The position numbers and the translations under genes were made by a program. A stretch of 64,000 bases of DNA. It comes from an uncultured Pelagibacteraceae bacterium. Its GTDB lineage: Bacteria > Pseudomonadota > Alphaproteobacteria > Pelagibacterales > Pelagibacteraceae. Where the stretch lies: NCBI GenBank assembly GCA_902607115.1, contig CACLIZ010000004.1, forward strand, positions 5,127-69,126. The letters run 5' to 3'. How positions within the stretch are numbered: position 1 is the stretch's first letter; every line of letters begins with the position of its first letter. Positions 57,776-64,000 of the stretch are shown in pieces. A model generated the notes under the pieces. That model was not told where the DNA came from. It saw nothing but the letters and a program-made list of their open reading frames with translations, and did not search any database.

Positions 57776-58867
57776 TTAATTCACCTTTTTTTTAAGTTCT
57801 GGTAATGGCAAATATGGGACTACACCTGAACCAGAATTTTTATCAATTATAATTTTATCAATATCCGCTAAAACTTTTTCCATAGTCTCTAGATACATTC
57901 TTTCCTGAGTAACAGCTTTTGCATTTTTATATTCATTATAAATTGATAAAAATCTGCTAGCTTCACCTTCCGCTTTAGCTACTACTTCTTTTTTATAAGC
58001 TTCAGCAGCTTGTAGAATAACAGCAGCATCTCCTCTTGCTCTTGGTATTACATCGTTTGCATATGCTTCTGCTTCATTCTTTGCTCTTTCCATGTCAGCT
58101 CTTGCTGCCTGAACATCTCTAAATGCATCAATAACTTGATCTGGCGGATCAGCTTTTTGAGTTTGAACTTGAGTAATTTGGATTCCTGAATTGTACTCAT
58201 CTAAAATATTTTGAATAATTAACTGTGTATCAATCTCTATTTGAGATCTTCCTTCTGTTAAAATTGGTTGAATTTCTGATCTTGCGATTACTTCTCTCAT
58301 CGCGGTCTCTGCGGCTGCTTTAACAGTTCCCTGAGGATCTTGAATTTTAAATAAAAATTTACCCGCATCCTTTATTACCCAGAATACTGAAAAGTCTATG
58401 TTAACAATATTTTCATCTCCAGTTAACATTAAGCTTTCTTCTGGAACATCTGCTACACTTGAGGAAGTAAAACCTGTGTCTCTTTCAGATCTAAATCCAA
58501 TATCCATTCTGTTAACTTTAGTAACTTTTGGAGTTAACACACTTTCAACTGGCATGGGTAAGTGGTAGTTTAAACCAGGCTGTGTTGTTTTCACGAACTT
58601 ACCGAATCTTAAAACTACACCTTGTTCATCAGGAAGTACTCTGTACAGTCCACTCAAAGCCCACAAAATTATAACAATTATTAAAGCTAGGATTATTGGC
58701 TTATTTCCAGAACTTCCTCCTGGAAAAAATCTGTTAATTTTGTTTTGTAAATTTTTAACAATTTCATCAACATTAGGTGGGGTGGGCCCTCTTCTAAAGC
58801 CACCATCTCCATTTCCATTTCCTCCTGGGGGCGTTCCCCAAGGGCTTTGATTTTTGAAATCGTTCAT
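57776..58867 (-). CDS. hflK: FtsH protease modulator HflK
   Basis: N-terminal PWG, MLTGDENIV, AFRDVQAA and RMYLETME. Start moved to the ATG at 58867. Confidence 0.96.
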   Translation of the reverse strand: MNDFKNQSPWGTPPGGNGNGDGGFRRGPTPPNVDEIVKNLQNKINRFFPGGSSGNKPIILALIIVIILWALSGLYRVLPDEQGVVLRFGKFVKTTQPGLNYHLPMPVESVLTPKVTKVNRMDIGFRSERDTGFTSSSVADVPEESLMLTGDENIVNIDFSVFWVIKDAGKFLFKIQDPQGTVKAAAETAMREVIARSEIQPILTEGRSQIEIDTQLIIQNILDEYNSGIQITQVQTQKADPPDQVIDAFRDVQAARADMERAKNEAEAYANDVIPRARGDAAVILQAAEAYKKEVVAKAEGEASRFLSIYNEYKNAKAVTQERMYLETMEKVLADIDKIIIDKNSGSGVVPYLPLPELKKKVN

Positions 58868-58950
58868 ACGAAAACTATATAATGTCTTTATGGTCAAAAA
58901 CAAGTTAATGATACTTTATTTATAATTAAAAATAAGGTCTAATTGACACA

Positions 58951-59742
58951 ATGAAAGAAAATTTAGAACAAAAACGCTTTCAAAAAAACCCTATTAAAGG
59001 AACAAAATTCACAATTGCTATTTCAAGTGCAAAAGGTGGTGTAGGAAAATCTACTTTTGCAACGAATCTTGCTTTAGCTCTAAAAAATATTGGATGTAAG
59101 GTTGGATTATTAGATGCTGATATTTACGGTCCCTCATTGCCTAAATTATTTTCAATAAATCAAAAACCTGAAAGCGATGGTAAAACTCTAAAACCAATTT
59201 TAAAATATGATATTCAATGTATGTCAATTGGTTTTTTAACTGATGAACAAACACCAATGATTTGGCGAGGACCAATGGTTACTTCAGCAATAAAAACTTT
59301 TACTCAAAAAGTTTCTTGGAAAGATTTAGATTTTATTATTGTTGATATGCCCCCAGGAACTGGTGATACGCAGTTAACTTTTGCACAAGAAATTAGTATG
59401 GACGGGGTAATTATTATTTCAACTCCACAAGAAATTGCACTTCAAGATGTAAAAAGAGGAATAAAAATGTTTGATAAACTTAAAGTTAAAATTATCGGTT
59501 TAATTGACAATATGAGTCACTTTATTGGAGATGATGGAAAGAAATATGCAATCTTTGGAGAAGGGGGGGTTAAAAAAACTGCCGAAGAATTTGAGAAGGA
59601 ATTTTTAGGTGAAATTCCAATTAATCCTGAAGTTGGAAAGCAAGGTGATTTGGGTTTACCTATAGTTGAATGCAAACCTGATCATGAAATTTCAAAAATT
59701 TATAAGAGTTTTGCCGAAAAAATTAAATCAACTTATCTTTAA
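58951..59742 (+). CDS. mrp: Mrp/ApbC/NBP35 family P-loop ATPase
   Basis: [31 protein letters not shown] and TPQ. Confidence 0.92.
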   Translation: MKENLEQKRFQKNPIKGTKFTIAISSAKGGVGKSTFATNLALALKNIGCKVGLLDADIYGPSLPKLFSINQKPESDGKTLKPILKYDIQCMSIGFLTDEQTPMIWRGPMVTSAIKTFTQKVSWKDLDFIIVDMPPGTGDTQLTFAQEISMDGVIIISTPQEIALQDVKRGIKMFDKLKVKIIGLIDNMSHFIGDDGKKYAIFGEGGVKKTAEEFEKEFLGEIPINPEVGKQGDLGLPIVECKPDHEISKIYKSFAEKIKSTYL

Positions 59743-60670
59743 GATCAAAAGCTTCCATTAATTCATTCCATTCTCTTTTTGAAAGTTCTGATTGATCTAT
59801 ATTAATGTTATCACCGTTTATAAGTTTTTTAATCACTTCTTTGCCTTTTGCAGAAACTTCTGTGCCTCCTACTCTATAATCCATAAAAGCGTCAAAAGTT
59901 ATTGGTACCCATTTTTTTACTGTTTCTAACATAACATCTGCATAAGCTCTTATTTCATATTGTGCGTGACGATCTGCACGAAGTCTTAAAAAATTCATCA
60001 AGTTTAATAAATCAGTTTTCCAATACCATTGTGTGTAAGTATTTAATGTTAAATTCATTCTTGCAAGTTCTCTAGCTAAACCTACAGCATTTTCATCAAT
60101 AACTGACCCATCATATCTTTCATTCAACATCAGTTCATAATTTTTATAAGTTTGTTCTGCATCTCCTTTTAAAAGATCTAATACTTGTTTCGCTTTCTCA
60201 CCTTCAATAACATCTCCTCTTCCTTGTCTATTATTTTGAGATTGAGCTGCTAAATGTTCGGAGTTTGGTAAGTAAAATTCTTTATCTAAAATTGAATATC
60301 TAGCAGAATACTCGTTCACATTAGCAGTCCTGTGTCTAATCCATTGTCTTGCAATAAAAATTGGAAGTTTAATATGATATTTTATCTCACACATTTCAAA
60401 TGGAGTGCTATGCCAGTGTCTCATTAAATATTTTATAAGTCCTGCATCAGTTGAAACTTTTTTTGTACCCTTGCCATAAGAAACTCTAGCAGCTTGAACA
60501 ACAGAGGTATCATCGCCCATATAATCAACAACTCTAATAAATCCATGATCGAGCACTGGCAAAGCATCGAACAGAATCTTTTCTAATTCTGGAACCGTAA
60601 CTCTTTTTGTAGTATTTGATTGTAGTTGCTGTTCTTTTATTTCTTTTAATTGCTCAGGGGTCAACTTCAT
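59723..60670 (-). CDS. thyX: FAD-dependent thymidylate synthase
   Basis: AARVSY, HSTPFE, RQWIRHR..NEYSARY, LRLR and AQYEIR. Confidence 0.97.
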   Translation of the reverse strand: MKLTPEQLKEIKEQQLQSNTTKRVTVPELEKILFDALPVLDHGFIRVVDYMGDDTSVVQAARVSYGKGTKKVSTDAGLIKYLMRHWHSTPFEMCEIKYHIKLPIFIARQWIRHRTANVNEYSARYSILDKEFYLPNSEHLAAQSQNNRQGRGDVIEGEKAKQVLDLLKGDAEQTYKNYELMLNERYDGSVIDENAVGLARELARMNLTLNTYTQWYWKTDLLNLMNFLRLRADRHAQYEIRAYADVMLETVKKWVPITFDAFMDYRVGGTEVSAKGKEVIKKLINGDNINIDQSELSKREWNELMEAFDLKDKLI

Positions 60671-60781
60671 GATTTGTTTTATACTAGTTGGTTATATTTA
60701 TATTAAAATCAAGCTTTTCCAACAACAATGTTAGAGTTATTGACAATAAATTTTTCTAAAAAATTTAATAATTATTAAATT

Positions 60782-62047
60782 CTATTTTCTTAAAATTCCA
60801 ACAGAGCCTGTTCTTTCTAGGGCCATTATTATGATATTAAGTTTATTAATATATTTAATATCTCTAATCCTTTCACCAATATATATCTTCTCCAAATAGA
60901 GAATTTTATCGAAGTTCTTATTTTGAAATTTTACTCTATAAATGCTTCTTCCATTTAATGAGGTCACTAAAGCATTATTCTTCCATTTTTCATCAAATTC
61001 ATCGGACAATATAATTACTTCTGAAATACCTATAGATGGTAAAAAAACAAATAAAGGTTCTTCAAAAAAGTTTTTTTCATGACTTTTTTTATAAATTAAA
61101 TCTTTTTTTTTATAAGAGTATCCATAGGAAGCTATAGGCCAGCCATAATTTTTTTTATAAATTATTCTATTAATTTCATCCCCACCTCGTGGGCCGTGTT
61201 CTGTAGAAATAATAATATCATCCTTGACTGCAAGGCCTTGGGCATTCCTATGTCCTTTTGAAAAAATTTCATGATCACCATTGCTTAAATTTATAAAGAT
61301 TATTTTTCCATAAATTGATTTATCATCTTGTGCTCTAGTACCGGGTTTGTCATTATCTGAGTCGGTTGTGGATAATAAAATTCCTCTTTTTGAATTAAAT
61401 TTATAATATTGAATTCTACCAGCTCCAATTCCTAACAAGGCACATTCCTTGAACTCTTTAAGTGTCTCAAAACTTAAAACATCATTAATTTCTGAAAATA
61501 CAATTGATAATTTTTTGCAATTTTTTTCATTGGTTGTTTTGGTTAAATAAATCTTATTATCAATTATTAAAGAGTCTAATATATTTAAATTGTTTTCACC
61601 TTTTTTAATTAAATTTTTTTCTTGTAATTTAACAGTATTTAATTTTTTGCCTTTGTCAGATAGCTCATTTAGTTCTGCACGAAAAAACTCTCCATTTTTT
61701 TTAATTATTATTAGACTGTTTTTATATTCTTCAACATAAAAACTAAAACGGCTACTTTTGCTAAAATTTATTTTTTTTTTATAAAGTTCGAGATTTAAAT
61801 ATTGCGTTTCTGGTAAAAATTTTACATTGTAATCATTAAATAAATTTGAAAAATTTCTTTTACCAGAAAAAATCATAAATGATGATTTTATAATGTCTGG
61901 CAATTCCATAAAAATTAAAAAAGCATTGCCCCATAATTTTTGCTGATATTTGGGCAAGTTTCCTGCAATATTTATTTTTGAAATAATAAACAGGGGAGAT
62001 ATCAAAAAAAATAATACAATAAAAATTATTAAATATTTCTTTTTCAT
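60782..62047 (-). CDS. PQQ-dependent glucose/sorbosone dehydrogenase family beta-propeller protein
   Basis: YGKI, GHRNAQGL, EHGPRGGDEIN, NYGWP and RIRD, with an N-terminal anchor. Confidence 0.85.
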   Translation of the reverse strand: MKKKYLIIFIVLFFLISPLFIISKINIAGNLPKYQQKLWGNAFLIFMELPDIIKSSFMIFSGKRNFSNLFNDYNVKFLPETQYLNLELYKKKINFSKSSRFSFYVEEYKNSLIIIKKNGEFFRAELNELSDKGKKLNTVKLQEKNLIKKGENNLNILDSLIIDNKIYLTKTTNEKNCKKLSIVFSEINDVLSFETLKEFKECALLGIGAGRIQYYKFNSKRGILLSTTDSDNDKPGTRAQDDKSIYGKIIFINLSNGDHEIFSKGHRNAQGLAVKDDIIISTEHGPRGGDEINRIIYKKNYGWPIASYGYSYKKKDLIYKKSHEKNFFEEPLFVFLPSIGISEVIILSDEFDEKWKNNALVTSLNGRSIYRVKFQNKNFDKILYLEKIYIGERIRDIKYINKLNIIIMALERTGSVGILRK

Positions 62048-62068
62048 ATATATTTATCAAAAAATTTA

Positions 62069-62096
62069 TTGATATTCATAAATTAGTTTTTATATT
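62069..62096 (+). promoter_or_regulatory. Probable tmRNA promoter
   Basis: TTGATA-16 bp-TATATT just upstream of the GTTGG-TTTT-CCAAC hairpin that opens the tmRNA region. Confidence 0.45.
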
Positions 62097-62101
62097 ATTC
62101 A

Positions 62102-62358
62102 TGTTGGTTTTCCAACTATGACGATAAACGAATTTCGTAATAACCATTACGGACGTGGGGGCAGTACCCACCACCTCCACCATTGTTACTTAAGGGGGTG
62201 AATTAGGATCGACGGGTGTCTAAAAGTTATTCTTTCGTCAGGTATTGTTCCGCCTTAATGGGCAATTTTATAAATGCTAACGAAAGTTACGCAATTGCAG
62301 CTTAATTAATTTATTAATTAAGTTACGGGGTATGGGGCACCTGGCAACAGAACGCCCC
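62102..62358 (+). ncRNA. ssrA: tmRNA, circularly permuted two-piece alphaproteobacterial type; tag peptide ANESYAIAA
   Basis: The T-arm/acceptor 3' strand CACCTCCACCA (ends 62182) comes before the 5' strand GGGGGTG (62194) and forms the G3.U Ala determinant. The tag frame at 62276-62305 reads ANESYAIAA*. A terminal hairpin with CCTGGCAACAG is followed by a T tract. Outer boundaries are approximate. Confidence 0.93.
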
Positions 62359-62411
62359 TTTTTTTATTGTTTAGAATTCAGTTAGACGATCTACGAAGAA
62401 TTAAGTTAAAT

Positions 62412-64000
62412 TTAATTAATTAATTTACTTATTATTTTTTGAGCTTGGTTTGAAAAATATTTCGCTCCATTATCTGTTAGATGACCATAATCAAAATATA
62501 TTTTATCGTTATCTGAAATTAAAGGGCACTTTTTTACAGAATGATCACAAAATAACTCGGATCGTGTTAAATAGTTAATATCATTAGCAAAAAATTTATT
62601 TTTTATTTTATTTAAAATTTCTTTCTGATGATTTATGGAATTTAAATAAAAATTTTTTTCTAGTTTTTCTAACTCATTTAAATCTGGGGTCCTATTTTCT
62701 TTTTTTACAAAATCGTCTAAAATATCAGCTCCAGAAACATCATCTAAAAGAACAATAATTTTTTTTTTATCTTTTTTTATAAATTCAACAATTTCATTAA
62801 ATTCTGAATTTAAAAAAAATTTATTTTTAAAATTTGCTTGACCTAATATTATATAATCAGATTTATCGTATTGTTTTTTAAAAAAACTAAAAGGTCTATT
62901 TTCACATAAATTCATATTTATTTTAAAATAATTATTAAGACATTCAATTTGATAATTTTCTCCTATCCTATCTGCTAAAGCTGTATAAAAATAATATTTT
63001 TTATTTAATTCTTCATTGTAATAAAAAAGATTTAATAAATCATCAGAGTAAGAGTTGCCAACTAAAAAAATATTTTTTCTATTATCAAAATTATTATAAT
63101 TATAATTTAATTCAAAATTTCTGTGCTCATCATCATATTTTGACAAAAAAGGATGAAATCTTGATTTTATTCCATCAAAATAAATTACTGATATATTAAA
63201 TACTACCAACAAAAGAAGTTTTAAAAATAAAATTAAAAATATTTTAGTGAAATTTATTTTTTTATTCCTAAAAACTTTTTCTATAAAAAAATATGTTAGG
63301 ATTGATAGAATGAAAATTAAAAATATAGATGAAAATTTTAAGATTAAAAAATGAGATTTTTCAGTATTTAACCAAATGTCTCTATAATTTCTTAAAAAAG
63401 CAAAAATAGGATAGTGCCAAAGATATAGGGAATAAGAAATTAATCCAACTCCAACTAATAACCTTGTTGAAAGAATTCTGGTAATCAATTCATCTTTATG
63501 TGAAAACCAAATGATTAAACAAACTCCAATGATTGGGTATAATGTGTATAATGAAGGATGAAGCATTTCATCATTTAAAAATAATATAGAGTGTCCAATT
63601 AATAATAAACCGATACTAGGCATTATTAAATTGAATGAATGATTTTTACTTCTATAACCTAATGTAATTTCAAAATATGCTAATATTGAACCTGCCAGCA
63701 GTTCCCATCCTCTTGTTGGTAAAACATAAAAACTTAATGATGGATAATTTCTACTTCCCCATTCTGCCAACCCTAAACTTATAATGAAACCTAGAATTAA
63801 AATATGAATTAAATATTCTCTAAAATATTTAAAAGTGACCAGTAAAAATATTGGAAATAAAATATAATATTGTTCTTCAACCGATAGCGACCAAGTATGA
63901 AGAAATGGTTTTAATAATCCACTTATAGCTCCATATTGTTGACCAGAATAATGAAAATAAAAATTAGAACTAAATCCTAACGAATAAAGAATAGATTTTG
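62412..64000 (-). CDS. Acyltransferase-3 plus SGNH fusion (OafA/OatA-like O-acetyltransferase), 3' part; start lies beyond the window end
   Basis: The frame stays open past the track start (63770) to the window end and contains HTWSLSVEEQYY. It also has R.WELL.G, G.ISYSLYLWH.P and the SGNH motifs GNS and DYGHL. Confidence 0.9.
   Translation of the reverse strand, partial: KSILYSLGFSSNFYFHYSGQQYGAISGLLKPFLHTWSLSVEEQYYILFPIFLLVTFKYFREYLIHILILGFIISLGLAEWGSRNYPSLSFYVLPTRGWELLAGSILAYFEITLGYRSKNHSFNLIMPSIGLLLIGHSILFLNDEMLHPSLYTLYPIIGVCLIIWFSHKDELITRILSTRLLVGVGLISYSLYLWHYPIFAFLRNYRDIWLNTEKSHFLILKFSSIFLIFILSILTYFFIEKVFRNKKINFTKIFLILFLKLLLLVVFNISVIYFDGIKSRFHPFLSKYDDEHRNFELNYNYNNFDNRKNIFLVGNSYSDDLLNLFYYNEELNKKYYFYTALADRIGENYQIECLNNYFKINMNLCENRPFSFFKKQYDKSDYIILGQANFKNKFFLNSEFNEIVEFIKKDKKKIIVLLDDVSGADILDDFVKKENRTPDLNELEKLEKNFYLNSINHQKEILNKIKNKFFANDINYLTRSELFCDHSVKKCPLISDNDKIYFDYGHLTDNGAKYFSNQAQKIISKLIN

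Noticed and set aside
60700-60725. TATATTA...TTTTCCAAC, similar to the tmRNA 5' region at 62091-62116, as a possible insertion scar
   Set aside because: Only about 9 bp of identity in very AT-rich DNA, which could arise by chance.
62150-62182. tRNA-like arm ending in CCA
   Set aside because: It is the acceptor/T-arm piece of the permuted tmRNA; there is no anticodon arm.

Overview
This is a very AT-rich, densely packed alphaproteobacterial chromosome segment with the hallmarks of SAR11 (Pelagibacter): tiny or overlapping intergenic spaces, thyX and a circularly permuted two-piece tmRNA. The left ~38 kb is a nutrient-scavenging region. It holds the 5' part of acnA, argE, an NCS1 permease, a ureohydrolase plus aldehyde dehydrogenase, a FadN-like enzyme, a PotABCD-family ABC transporter linked to eutA/doeA-like genes, two Liv-family ABC systems and several exporters. 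It also holds a six-gene operon (luciferase-like monooxygenase, Xsc-like ThDP enzyme, AA_synth/DUF1185 protein, alpha/beta hydrolase, aldehyde dehydrogenase, EamA) that resembles the trigonelline (tgn) ring-cleavage pathway but has a divergent oxygenase, an extra ThDP enzyme, no flavin reductase and a structured leader. That operon is the best candidate for an undescribed system. The right part is mostly housekeeping (redox genes, rodA-mrdA-mreDCB, leuA-ilvCHI, miaA, degP, hflCK, mrp, thyX) and ends with tmRNA flanked by two AT-rich envelope-type genes. No integrase, transposase, CRISPR array, tRNA or rRNA was seen. All family calls come from motif recognition and memory; no searches were run.
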